In this document: positions 10,632 to 19,729 of the stretch, piece after piece | How positions within the stretch are numbered: position 1 is the first letter of the stretch | How the letters are laid out: every line of letters begins with the position of its first letter | From: Dehalococcoidia bacterium | GTDB lineage: Bacteria; Chloroflexota; Dehalococcoidia; DSTF01; CAZFGZ01 | Length of the DNA: 63,852 nucleotides | Assembly (NCBI GenBank): GCA_049678585.1 | Contig: JBAUEL010000064.1 | Span: forward strand, 1 to 63,852 | Reading direction: 5' to 3' | Notes under the pieces: generated by a model | Databases searched by the model: none | What the model saw: only the letters and a program-made list of their open reading frames with translations | Told to the model about the DNA's origin: nothing | Translations under genes and position numbers: made by a program

Positions 10632-12611
10632 TCACTGCTTCTTCTTGCGCCGCTTGCGCGGCGGCGCTGACACCCGCTCGAGACTGCGGCGCGCGATCTC
10701 GGCGTCGGGGCTGCCGAGCGATTCGAACATGGCGAGCGCCTCCTGGTACAGCTCGCGGGCGGCTGCCCTGTCGCCCTCCTCCTCGGCGAGGCGACCCAGT
10801 TGGTGCTTGGTGCTGGCGATGCCGGGGCGGTCGCCGAGCTCCTCCGCGATGGCCAGGCTCTCCTCGTAGAGGCGGCGGGCCTCCTTGTAGTCGCCCGCGA
10901 TCTGCGCGAGCATGCCGAGCTGGTGCTTGCTCTTGGCGATGCCCGGGCGGTCGCCGAGCCCCTCCTTGATGGCCAGGCTCTCCTGGTAGAGACGGCCAGC
11001 CTCCGCGTGGTCGCTCCTTGACTGGGCGAGGATCGCGAGCTCGTGCTTGCTGCCCGCAGTGTGCTGGCGGTCGCCCAGCGCGTCAAAGATGGCCACGCTC
11101 TCGCCGAGGAGGAGGCGGGCCTCGTCATAGTTGCGCTGCTGCCTAGCCAGACGACCAAGCTGGTGCTTCGCAGCGCCGATGCCCCAGCGATCCGCCTCCC
11201 CCTCAGCGATAGCCAGGCTCTCCTCGTACAGATGGCGGGCCTGCTGGTAGTCGCCCTGGTCCTGGGCGGCCGTCGCGAGGTTGTGGCAGCATGCGCTTTG
11301 AAGCCACGCGTTGCGCGAGCGGCGAGCGGCGCGGCGAGCCTGAGAGAAGCGCTCCCTGCGCTCGCCCCACAGGCCGCGGGAGCGAAGGTAGTCGCCGACA
11401 CCGATGGCGAAGCGAGCGGCAGATTGCCACTGCCGGGCTCCCAGGCACCAGTCCATGGCAGCGAGGGCGTTGCCCACATCGGGCTCCAGGCGGTCGAAGG
11501 TTGAGGGGTCGTCGCCCAGCGCACCGGCCAGCGCAAGGTAGTGATCGGCCATCTTCTGATAGGGCTCACGCCTTCTACCCAGCCGGTCGCGGGCGTAGCG
11601 GCGGACCAGCGGGTGCAGGGCGTAGCGGCCGTCATCCCTCCGCACGAGGGACCGGCGCACGAGGCCGTCCATGTGCACGGCATCGGCGGAGGGCTCGACG
11701 GCCCGCACGGCGGCCAGATCGAACGTCGGGCCGCCGAAGACGCCGAGCGCAGCGAAGAGCCGCCGCTGATCTGCTGACAGCCTCTTGTAGGCGGCGTCGA
11801 GTGACCTCTTCATGGCACGGTCCTTGCGGCCTTTGTCCGTGAGAACAGGCCATGGCAGCCTCTTAAGGTCTTGGAGAACTTGCTGCGCCGCCGCATCCTG
11901 GAGCTGCGACCCGGCTAGAGCGACAGCAAAGGGAAGACCCTCCAGAACCGTCACGATCTCGAGTACCACGGGCTCCTCATCGGGCTCGAGGGCTCTCCCG
12001 GCTGTGCGCTGAAGGACCTGAAGGCACTGCTCGTCGGTCAGGGGCTCGAGCGTGACGGGCTCAGGGCCCGTGGGCCGGTGCTGGCTGGTCACCAGGGTGG
12101 CGCGGTGAGCCTCGGCGAAGCGATGCGAGGCAGCCGGGTTCTCGCAGTTGTCCAGCACCACGAGGATGTTCTTGCCCGCGATGGCGGTTCGCAGGGCACC
12201 GAGCTTCTCGTCGTCGGACTTGGCGCGGGCGATCTCAGGCTTTTCCAGCGCACTCCCCACGGCCTCGCACATAGCAGCGAGGTTCATGGCCGCCGCGTCC
12301 AGCCACCAGATCCCGTCCGAGAAGCGGCTCTTGACGTGCTGCTTGTGGACTACCGCCATGGCCAGGCACGACTTGCCGATGCCGGGGCCCCCAGTGATGC
12401 AAACTGGCTTGTCGCCGAGCAGGAGCTGCGCCACCTCGTCCTCTTTCTCCGGCCTGGCTACGTACTCGAACGGCGGATGAGGTGCCGCACTCACGCGGGG
12501 GCTGCGACCGGGCTCCCCGGGCTTCGGGCGTTCGCCGAAGAAGCGGTAAAGGAGAAAGCTGACGATGGCGGCAAGCACGGCGCCGATGACGGCGAGTATC
12601 GCCTCGATCAC
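10632..12611 (-). CDS. membrane-anchored STAND NTPase (NB-ARC-like P-loop) with C-terminal TPR array
   Basis: N-terminal hydrophobic helix MIEAILAVIGAVLAAIVSFLLY. Walker A GGPGIGKS and Walker B ILVVLDNCE. GLPFAVALAG (NB-ARC GLPL-like motif). At least five 40-aa TPR-like repeats, then a basic tail PRKRRKKKQ. Confidence 0.8.
   Translation of the reverse strand: MIEAILAVIGAVLAAIVSFLLYRFFGERPKPGEPGRSPRVSAAPHPPFEYVARPEKEDEVAQLLLGDKPVCITGGPGIGKSCLAMAVVHKQHVKSRFSDGIWWLDAAAMNLAAMCEAVGSALEKPEIARAKSDDEKLGALRTAIAGKNILVVLDNCENPAASHRFAEAHRATLVTSQHRPTGPEPVTLEPLTDEQCLQVLQRTAGRALEPDEEPVVLEIVTVLEGLPFAVALAGSQLQDAAAQQVLQDLKRLPWPVLTDKGRKDRAMKRSLDAAYKRLSADQRRLFAALGVFGGPTFDLAAVRAVEPSADAVHMDGLVRRSLVRRDDGRYALHPLVRRYARDRLGRRREPYQKMADHYLALAGALGDDPSTFDRLEPDVGNALAAMDWCLGARQWQSAARFAIGVGDYLRSRGLWGERRERFSQARRAARRSRNAWLQSACCHNLATAAQDQGDYQQARHLYEESLAIAEGEADRWGIGAAKHQLGRLARQQRNYDEARLLLGESVAIFDALGDRQHTAGSKHELAILAQSRSDHAEAGRLYQESLAIKEGLGDRPGIAKSKHQLGMLAQIAGDYKEARRLYEESLAIAEELGDRPGIASTKHQLGRLAEEEGDRAAARELYQEALAMFESLGSPDAEIARRSLERVSAPPRKRRKKKQ
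10681..11280 (-). repeat. 120-bp tandem coding periodicity (TPR units)
   Basis: tggtgcttg...gatggccaggctctcct recurs at 10801, 10921, 11041 (diverged) and 11161. It encodes repeated ...GDRPGIAxxKHQLGxLAxxxGDYxEARRLYEESLAI... units. Confidence 0.8.
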
Positions 12612-12659
12612 AACCGTGTGCTCCTCGTGTTCGCTTCGGCGCTGTCTTGAGAAGATCTT

Positions 12660-13964
12660 CTACGCGCCGGGGGTCCCTCGCCTGATTATATCGAGGGCTG
12701 CGGAGGATGTCACCCGCTGCTGGGTGCCGTCGCGCATGTCCCGCAGGGTCACCGAGCCGGAGGCAAGCTCCTCGTCGCCGAGGATGGCGGCGTAGGTCGC
12801 GCCGAGGGCGTCGGCGTGGCGCATCTGCGACTTCAGGCTGCGGGCGCCGCTGCCTACCACCGCGCTGATCGCCGCTGCGCGGAGGTCGGCGGCCAGCCTC
12901 AATGCCGGCCCCCTGGCCGCATCGGAGAGGTGGGCCACGTAAACCTGAGGCGGGGGCAGGGCCGGGACCGGCACCCCCTGGCGGCGCAAGTTGACGATGA
13001 TGCGCTCGATCCCCGTCCCGAAGCCGGTGCCCGGCGTAGGGCGGCCCCCCAGCAGCTCGATGAGGCCGTCGTAGCGGCCGCCCCCGCCGATGGTGCTCTG
13101 GGCCCCCTCCTCGGGCGGCTGGTACTCGAACACGGCGCGGGTGTAGTAGTCCAGGCCGCGCACCAGTCGGGGGTTCAGGACGTAGGCGATATCGCGAGCC
13201 TCCAGGTAGGAGCGAAGGGCCGCGAAGTGGGCTGCGCACTCCTCGCAGAGGTGCTCGGTGAGGGGAGGCGCGCCGGCGATGACCGGCTGGCAGTGCTCCT
13301 GCTTGCAGTCCAGAAGGCGGAGGGGGTTCTTCTCGTAGCGGGCGTGGCAGTCGGGGCAGATGCGTTCGAGCCTGTCGGTGTAGTAGCGGCGCAGCCTCTC
13401 CAGGTAGGCGGGCCGGCAGCGGCCGTCGCCGATGCTGCTGAGGTGGAGAGTAAGGCCGGAGAGCCCCAGGGCGTCGTAGAAGGTCTGGAGCAGTTCGATG
13501 ACCTCGGCGTCCACCAGGGCGTCGGCGTCGCCGATGGCCTCCACCCCGAACTGCCAGTGCTGGCGGTAGCGGCCCGCCTGGGGCCGGTCATAGCGGAAGA
13601 TGGGGGAGATGTAGTAGAGGCGCACCGGCTGGGGCAGCGCCTGCATGCCGTGCTCCAGGTAGGCCCGGCAGACGTTGGGGGTGCCCTCCGGGCGCAGGGC
13701 CAGCAGGTCGCCGCCGCGGTCCTGGAAGACGTACATCTCCTTGTCGACGATGTCCGTGCCCTCTCCGCTCCCCTTGAGGAACACCCGCGCATCCTCGAAG
13801 GCAGGCGTCTCGATGAGGCCGTAGCCGTAGAGATGGCAGACGCGCTCGACGGCCTGGCGAACGTAGCGCCAGTAGGGCTCATCCTGAGGGAGGATGTCGT
13901 TGGTGCCCCGGGGTGCCGAGAATTTCCTGTCGGCCTTCTTCGCTGCCATGATCAGCCTGAGCAT
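12660..13964 (-). CDS. hisS: histidine--tRNA ligase
   Basis: PRGTNDILP, motif 2 FRYDRPQAGRYRQHWQFGVE, motif 3 GGGGRYDGL. An alternative start lies at 13949. Confidence 0.95.
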   Translation of the reverse strand: MLRLIMAAKKADRKFSAPRGTNDILPQDEPYWRYVRQAVERVCHLYGYGLIETPAFEDARVFLKGSGEGTDIVDKEMYVFQDRGGDLLALRPEGTPNVCRAYLEHGMQALPQPVRLYYISPIFRYDRPQAGRYRQHWQFGVEAIGDADALVDAEVIELLQTFYDALGLSGLTLHLSSIGDGRCRPAYLERLRRYYTDRLERICPDCHARYEKNPLRLLDCKQEHCQPVIAGAPPLTEHLCEECAAHFAALRSYLEARDIAYVLNPRLVRGLDYYTRAVFEYQPPEEGAQSTIGGGGRYDGLIELLGGRPTPGTGFGTGIERIIVNLRRQGVPVPALPPPQVYVAHLSDAARGPALRLAADLRAAAISAVVGSGARSLKSQMRHADALGATYAAILGDEELASGSVTLRDMRDGTQQRVTSSAALDIIRRGTPGA

Positions 13965-14125
13965 ACTCGAAAGGCGGGGCGATGGGAAACATGCACCCAG
14001 CGGCCCTGGTAGGGCAGGCGGACGTGCGCAGGGTCGGGAGCGCGACCGGGCGGTCGTGGCCGCGGTCAGGGCAAATGTGCTAGAGTTTATCTAGCAGGGA
14101 GTCTTTCGAATAGGCGCTGCGGAAC

Positions 14126-16306
14126 ATGGATATCAACGACCTGCTGGAGAAAACGCGCGAATACCTCCCACTCAACCGGGCCGACCTGGTGGAGAAGGCA
14201 TACAAGTTTGCTGCTGCCTGCCATCAGGGGCAGACCCGCAAGTCCGGCGAGCCCTTCATCGTCCACCCGCTGGACACGGCCATGACTGTAGCCAGCCTCC
14301 AGATGGACGCCGCCGCTATTGCCGCCGCCCTCCTCCACGATGTGCAGGAGGACTCGGGCGTCACCAACCAGGAGCTGACCAAGCGCTTCGGTCCGGAGGT
14401 AGCCAAGCTGGTGGACGGCGCCACCAAGCTGGACAAGCTCACCTGGCACGCTCCCGAGGAGCGCGGCGGCGACGGGGGCATACAGGCAGAGAACCTGCGC
14501 AAGATGTTCCTGGCCATGGCCGAGGACGTGCGGGTGGTCATCATCAAGCTGGCCGACCGTCTGCATAACATGCGCACCCTGGATGCCCTCAGGCCGGAGA
14601 AGCAGGTTCGGGTGGCACAGGAGACCATGGAGATCTACGCCCCTCTGGCCAACCGCCTGGGGATCTGGCAGATCAAGTGGCAGCTCGAGGACCTGTCATT
14701 CCGCTACCTGCATCCGGACAAGTACGCGGAGATCTCGCAACTGCTGGCGTCGAAGCAGGCCTCTCGCGAGCGCTACATCGCGCAGGTGGAGAATATTCTC
14801 AGCGAGGAGCTGACCAAGGACGATATCGAAGCCGAGGTTAGCGGCCGCGCCAAGAATATCTACAGCATCTACGAGAAGATGCAGAAGTACGCGGCCGAGG
14901 GGAAGGCGCCCCACGAGATCTACGACCTCCTGGCTCTGCGCATCCTCGTGGACACCGTGGGCGACTGCTACAACGCCCTGGGCGTGGTCCATGGCCTCTG
15001 GCATCCCATCCCCGGCCAGTTCGATGACTACATCGCCAGCCCCAAGGAGAGCCTCTACCAGGCCCTCCACACCACGGTCATGTGCCTGGGCGCCCGGCCG
15101 CTGGAGGTGCAGATCCGCACCCATGAGATGCACCGCCTGGCGGAGTACGGGGTGGGCGCCCACTGGCGCTACAAGGAGGGAGGCCGCCGGGACCCGCGCT
15201 ACGAGGAGCGCATGGCCTGGCTGCGCCAGCTCCTGGAGTGGCAGCGCGAAATGGTGGTGGCGGAGGACTTTGTAGAGTCAGTCAAGACCGATTTCTTCCA
15301 GGACCAGGTGTTCGTCTACACCCCCAAGGGGGAACTGAAGGACCTCCCCGCCGGTGCCACGCCCCTGGACTTCGCCTATCGCATCCACACCGAGCTGGGG
15401 AACCGCTGCGTCGGGGCCAAGGTGAACGGTCGGCTGGTGCCCCTCAACTACCAGCTCCAGAACGGGGACATGGTGGAGATCGTCAGCGGCAGGGGCTCCC
15501 GGGGGCCCTCCCGCGACTGGCTCAACCGCAACCTGGGCTATATCAAGACCAGCCACGCCCGCGAGAAGGTCCGCCAGTGGTTCAAGAAGCAGGAGCGGGC
15601 CGAGAACATCGAGCGGGGAAAGGAGATGCTGGAACGCGAGCTGCATCGCCTGAGCCTCACCCTGACGGAGTCCCAGGAACTGCTCCTGCAAGGGTTCCGC
15701 TTTGAGGAGATGGACGACTTCCTGGCCTCTCTAGGCTATGGAGGCGTCAGCATCCACCAGGTCGCCCCGAAGTTGGCGCCGCTCATCCAGAAGGACGAGG
15801 AGGCGCCTACGCCGGTGGCTGCCGGGCCTGCCGCGCCCGTCTATACCACCAGCATCCAGGTGCTGGGCACGGGCGATTTGCTCACCCAGCTCGCCCGCTG
15901 CTGCAACCCCGTGCCCGGCGATTCCATCATCGGCTACGTCACCCGCAGCCGGGGCGTGAGCGTACACCGGCGCGACTGCTACAACGTACTCCACGAGGAC
16001 GAGCCCGAGCGCCTGGTGGAGGTGGAGTGGGGCCGCACCAGCCAGCTCTTTCCCGTGGCCGTCCACATCGAGGCCTGGGACCGGGTGGGCCTGCTGCGCG
16101 ACCTCAGCAGCATCGTCGCCGAGGAGAAGGTGAACATGGTGGGAGTGCACACCGACGAGCATGGCGACCGCACCGTCACCGTGTCCATCACCCTGGAGAC
16201 GGAGGGCATCGAGCAGCTCACCCGGCTCCTGAGCAAGCTCGAGGTGGTGCGGGGCATGATATCGGTCAGCCGGGCCATGCAGGCGGCCCCCCGCCGACCG
16301 GCCTAG
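14126..16306 (+). CDS. relA: bifunctional (p)ppGpp synthetase/hydrolase (RelA/SpoT homolog)
   Basis: HD hydrolase domain (HPLDTAM...LLHDVQED), synthetase core (YDLLALRILV...YQALHTTV), TGS domain and C-terminal ACT-like domain. Length 726 aa. Confidence 0.95.
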   Translation: MDINDLLEKTREYLPLNRADLVEKAYKFAAACHQGQTRKSGEPFIVHPLDTAMTVASLQMDAAAIAAALLHDVQEDSGVTNQELTKRFGPEVAKLVDGATKLDKLTWHAPEERGGDGGIQAENLRKMFLAMAEDVRVVIIKLADRLHNMRTLDALRPEKQVRVAQETMEIYAPLANRLGIWQIKWQLEDLSFRYLHPDKYAEISQLLASKQASRERYIAQVENILSEELTKDDIEAEVSGRAKNIYSIYEKMQKYAAEGKAPHEIYDLLALRILVDTVGDCYNALGVVHGLWHPIPGQFDDYIASPKESLYQALHTTVMCLGARPLEVQIRTHEMHRLAEYGVGAHWRYKEGGRRDPRYEERMAWLRQLLEWQREMVVAEDFVESVKTDFFQDQVFVYTPKGELKDLPAGATPLDFAYRIHTELGNRCVGAKVNGRLVPLNYQLQNGDMVEIVSGRGSRGPSRDWLNRNLGYIKTSHAREKVRQWFKKQERAENIERGKEMLERELHRLSLTLTESQELLLQGFRFEEMDDFLASLGYGGVSIHQVAPKLAPLIQKDEEAPTPVAAGPAAPVYTTSIQVLGTGDLLTQLARCCNPVPGDSIIGYVTRSRGVSVHRRDCYNVLHEDEPERLVEVEWGRTSQLFPVAVHIEAWDRVGLLRDLSSIVAEEKVNMVGVHTDEHGDRTVTVSITLETEGIEQLTRLLSKLEVVRGMISVSRAMQAAPRRPA

Positions 16307-16495
16307 CCCTCGCTTCGGGCGGCTTCCGTATCGGGATCCCCTGGGCGTCTATCAACGTCCCGACGATGGCCATGCCACGATGGAAGGAGATGCCCCCTTC
16401 ACCCGCCCGAGCGCTGGGGTACTTCTGGCTGGTGCACTTGTTTGCTATGATGCCAACCGACCCTTCCCTCGCCCGCAGGAGGGGAACCGCAACAG

Positions 16496-17734
16496 GTGGA
16501 TGGTACCGTGAGCGTGGAGATCCGTCCCATCCGTGATCAGGAGGTGGAGGAGTTCGCCTTCGTCGGCGCCTACGCCTTCAACAGCAGCAGGGCGCCTGAG
16601 GCGCTCCAGGAGGCCGCGGCCTTCGCCCGAGCGACCTACCCGCTGGATTGGTCTCTGGCCGCCTTCGTAGACGGCCGCATGGCCGCGGGGCTGCGAGTGC
16701 TCCCCTTCGCCATGCGCATCAACGGCGGCGCCGTGGCCATGGGTGGGGTCACCGCGGTGGCCTGTCTGCCGGAGCATCGCCGCCGTGGTCATGTGGGCGC
16801 CCTTCTGCGGCGTTCCCTGGCGGACATGCGAGAGCGCGGCCAGGTCCTCTGCGGGCTGTACACGCCCCACTATCCTCTGTACCGGCGCTACGGCTGGGAG
16901 GTGGCGTCCACGGCCGTCCGCTACTCTTTCGCCCCTAAGGATGTGCAGGTGGCCCGGCCTCCCAGAGAGGAGCGCTGCCGTCGAGTGACCGTCGACGAGT
17001 GGCCCGCCCTGCACGCCCTCTATGAGGAGTACACACGTGGGCGCAACGGCCCTCTCGTTCGAGTCGAGGTCTGGTGGCGGGAGGCCGTGTTCAGGGCAAG
17101 GCGCGAGCCGCAGGACGCGGCGCTCTGGGAGGGCATCGGCGGCGAGGGCCTGGGATACGTCGTCTATCGCACGCGCAGGTTCGAGGTGCCCGACAGGCCG
17201 TTCCCGCAAAGCGTCCTGCGGGTGCGCGAGCTCATCGCTCTGGACGGCGACGCCTATGCCGGCCTCCTGAGCTACCTGCTGCGCCATGACCTGCACGAGC
17301 GCATCGAGTGGTACGCCTCCCCCGAGGAGCCGCTGCTGAGCGTGCTGACCGACCCCTGGCGGGTGCGCATGGAGGCCTGGCCCGCCCTCATGCTGAGGCT
17401 GGTGGACGTGCCGCGGGCCCTGGAGGCGCGGCCCTGCCTGGAGCAGGCCCATAGTCGGCACCTGGTTCTGGCCGTTCACGACCGCACCGCGCCCTGGAAC
17501 GAGGGCGTCTGGAGGCTGGAGGCGGGCGATGGCAGGCTCGTCGTGCAGGCCGCCTCGGAGCAGCCCGACCTGACCCTGGATGTGCGCACCCTGGCCGCCC
17601 TCTACAACGGCTACCTGGCGCCGGCGGAGGCCGCCAGAGCGGGGCTGCTGGAGGTCGGGAAGCGCTCCGCGCTGGCCGAGGCGGCCGCCATCTTCTCAGT
17701 CAGCTACGCGCCCTTCTGCATCGATGAGTTCTAG
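16496..17734 (+). CDS. Eis-like GNAT N-acetyltransferase with SCP2-like C-terminal domain
   Basis: About 410 aa. GNAT core (VACLPEHRRRGHVGALLR) followed by a second GNAT-like domain and a C-terminal domain, as in Eis-family proteins. Confidence 0.7.
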   Translation: MDGTVSVEIRPIRDQEVEEFAFVGAYAFNSSRAPEALQEAAAFARATYPLDWSLAAFVDGRMAAGLRVLPFAMRINGGAVAMGGVTAVACLPEHRRRGHVGALLRRSLADMRERGQVLCGLYTPHYPLYRRYGWEVASTAVRYSFAPKDVQVARPPREERCRRVTVDEWPALHALYEEYTRGRNGPLVRVEVWWREAVFRARREPQDAALWEGIGGEGLGYVVYRTRRFEVPDRPFPQSVLRVRELIALDGDAYAGLLSYLLRHDLHERIEWYASPEEPLLSVLTDPWRVRMEAWPALMLRLVDVPRALEARPCLEQAHSRHLVLAVHDRTAPWNEGVWRLEAGDGRLVVQAASEQPDLTLDVRTLAALYNGYLAPAEAARAGLLEVGKRSALAEAAAIFSVSYAPFCIDEF

Positions 17735-18599
17735 CTCGGACACAGCGCAGGGAGCCGATCTCTCAGCGGGATCGGAGCAGCCGTCCCCGGCCGTGGCTGG
17801 GGAGCTCCATCCGTTCCGATTCCCCCTCTCCTTCGCCCGCAGGTTCATTCCACCGCTGCTCCTGGGACGCCGCCGCTCGCTGGGGGAGCACGCCGAGTGG
17901 TTGCTGGAGCGCACCGGCCGCCAGCCGGTAGTGCGCGGCGAGGAGCACATCCCGGAGCGAGGGGCCTTCGTGGCCGTGGTGAACCACTATCAGCGCCGTT
18001 ACTACTTTGTGGGCTGGAACGCCTTCCTCATCTCCATGATCGTGAGGCGTCGGCGAGGACCGGGCGCAGTGGTCCACTGGCTGATGCAGGACGGCTTCGA
18101 GCAGCGAAGGCGGGGCGCCATCCCCTGGCCCTGGTGGTTCCTGCGCTGGCTGTTCCGCCGAGTCGCCCGCATGTACGATATGGTCCTGGTGCCCACCAGC
18201 CCCCACAACAAGGGTGGCCGGGCCACCGCTGTCCGAAGGATGATCGAGTTCGTCAGCCCCCGGGACCGCTCGCGGGAGGGAGAGCCCATCGCGCTCTTCC
18301 CGGAGGCGCGGAACCAGCCTCGCGGGGTCCTGGGGCGGCCGCCCTCGGCCATGGGCCGCCTGCTGCTGGAGCTGGCGCGCCGAGGTGTGCCCTTGCTGCC
18401 CGTGGGAGTGCACGACCTGGATGGGGAGACCAACGTGACCTTCGGGCCCCCGTTTGACGTGGAGCTGCCGCCGGACCTCTCCAACCAGGAGGCAGCGGAG
18501 GAGGCCTGCCGTCAGGCCATGGTAGCCATCGGGCGGCTCCTGCCTCGGGAGCTCTGGGGCGCCTACGAGGCCGAGATCGGCTCAGCAGGAGGGGATTAG
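17724..18599 (+). CDS. lysophospholipid acyltransferase (PlsC/LPLAT)-like protein
   Basis: AVVNHYQRRYYF (HX4D position reads HX4Y) and LFPEARN (FPEGTR-like block). ATG at 17724 overlaps the previous stop. The listed ORF start at 17580 lies inside the upstream gene. Confidence 0.55.
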   Translation: MSSSSDTAQGADLSAGSEQPSPAVAGELHPFRFPLSFARRFIPPLLLGRRRSLGEHAEWLLERTGRQPVVRGEEHIPERGAFVAVVNHYQRRYYFVGWNAFLISMIVRRRRGPGAVVHWLMQDGFEQRRRGAIPWPWWFLRWLFRRVARMYDMVLVPTSPHNKGGRATAVRRMIEFVSPRDRSREGEPIALFPEARNQPRGVLGRPPSAMGRLLLELARRGVPLLPVGVHDLDGETNVTFGPPFDVELPPDLSNQEAAEEACRQAMVAIGRLLPRELWGAYEAEIGSAGGD

Positions 18600-18626
18600 C
18601 GAGACGCCGGCCCAGGGATTAAGAGC

Positions 18627-18742
18627 CTGTTGCAAAACGCCCTTGCGCCGGTTTCGTCATTCTGAGCGCAGCGAAGAATCTGCTTCATGGAGACCCTTCG
18701 CTTCGCTCAGGGTGACCGCACAGAGTGGTTTATCAGCAGACC
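18627..18742. repeat. MITE-like palindromic repeat, copy 1
   Basis: Ends are tgttgcaaaac ... ggtttatcagcagac. The internal long inverted repeat is gtcattctgagcgcagcgaag / cttcgcttcgctcagggtgac. It lies between convergent genes. Confidence 0.5.
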
Positions 18743-18756
18743 CCAAGACCCGCGGC

Positions 18757-19014
18757 CTACGCGCCAGGCATGAGGCCGGCGAGGTAATCGATGGCCTCCT
18801 GTATCTTCTCCGGCTGGAGGGAGTAGATACGCATCTGACGCTCGCGGCGCCTTTTCACCAGCCCTGCCTCCAACAGGACGCGCAGGTGATTGGAGACGGC
18901 GGGCTGGGACATCTCCAGGCGGACCACCAGGTCACCGGGGGTCATGTCGGCGTCCCGCAACGCCTCCAGGATTTCTCGCCGGACGGGGCTTGCCAGCGCC
19001 TCAAAGAGGTTCAT
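18757..19014 (-). CDS. ArsR/SmtB family transcriptional regulator
   Basis: 85 aa winged helix-turn-helix: LASPVRREILEAL...MSQPAVSNHLRVLLEAGLV. Confidence 0.85.
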   Translation of the reverse strand: MNLFEALASPVRREILEALRDADMTPGDLVVRLEMSQPAVSNHLRVLLEAGLVKRRRERQMRIYSLQPEKIQEAIDYLAGLMPGA

Positions 19015-19095
19015 CTGTCAATTCCTCCGATAGCGCGGAGGATTCCCTATGATAGTCGATACCAGGCTTTGTGATCAGTAGGGAAAGGACTAGAC

Positions 19096-19124
19096 TTGAC
19101 AGTAGTTCCACCAATTCATATATA
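19096..19124 (+). promoter_or_regulatory. consensus-like promoter (TTGACA-17-TATATA) with no obvious downstream ORF
   Basis: ttgaca at 19096-19101, 17-nt spacer, tatata at 19119-19124, inside an A/T-rich spacer. Confidence 0.35.
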
Positions 19125-19426
19125 AGGAATTACCGTACCAGAATGAGCCGTTCAGGTTCCCACACGCTTTGAAGACGAAGCGAATATGGGAGCGCTTGAC
19201 GACCCGCCTACATTCACTCGGTCGCGCTGGACCAGCCGCCGAGCATCTCCAACGAGGAAGTGACCCATCACGTCGGGCCGCCCAAGCCCTTCCCGACCAG
19301 AGGCTTCTCGCTCCCTCTTGAGTTATTATAGTCCATATCGTGCAATCCCGTGCCGCAAATGGTTATTGAAGAGGGGAAAACATGCAAATAGTTTTGAGAA
19401 TTCGCATATCAGAAAGTCCTTAACTA

Positions 19427-19455
19427 TTGACATCTTTGGTGCTGTCCTGTAGCCT
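19427..19455 (+). promoter_or_regulatory. promoter candidate (TTGACA-17-TAGCCT) upstream of the response-regulator locus
   Basis: ttgaca at 19427-19432, 17-nt spacer, tagcct at 19450-19455. Confidence 0.4.
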
Positions 19456-19514
19456 TTGAGCACTCCTAATCCATCTTCGCCAAAACAGCGCGGCTCGCAG
19501 GGAAGTGAGCTGCA

Positions 19515-19717
19515 ATGGGCACGGAAGCACCTGCGCTGGTCTGGTTCCTCCATGGTGATCCCCTTCTGCGCGAGAGCCGCGCGACCGCTGCTGGCCAGCT
19601 TGGCCTCCTGGCAACCGCTGTCCCCTCGGCAAGCGTAGCTATGGAGTGCGGTGCGGCCCCGGCACGATTCCAGATGTCATCGTTTTCGACGACTGGCAGC
19701 CAGACATGTCCGCTTAG
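19515..19717 (+). pseudogene. frameshifted partial duplicate of the downstream receiver domain
   Basis: Frame 0 gives APALVWFLHGDP...AAGQLGLLATAV. A different frame then gives PDVIVFDDWQPDMS followed by a stop. These parallel PPSVLFIHPNP...AAVRQLGFLAGAV...PDVIVFDDAADDMS of the gene at 19730. Confidence 0.6.
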
Positions 19718-19729
19718 GAGGGCGCCGCC

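Noticed and set aside
10681-11280. Regular 120-bp periodic repeats, which could superficially suggest a CRISPR-like or satellite array.
   Set aside because: There is no spacer/repeat alternation. The periodicity is in frame and encodes 40-aa TPR units within a long ORF.
10559-11683. A 374-aa alternative-frame ORF inside the STAND/TPR gene.
   Set aside because: It is on the same strand but out of frame with a gene that has Walker motifs and regular TPR units. Its Ser/Thr/Ala/Arg-rich composition indicates a frame artefact.
13965-14125. A possible T-box leader upstream of hisS.
   Set aside because: The spacer is only about 160 nt and is shared with divergent relA. I found no specifier-loop or T-box (AAUUAGGGUGGUACCGCG-like) sequence and no terminator.
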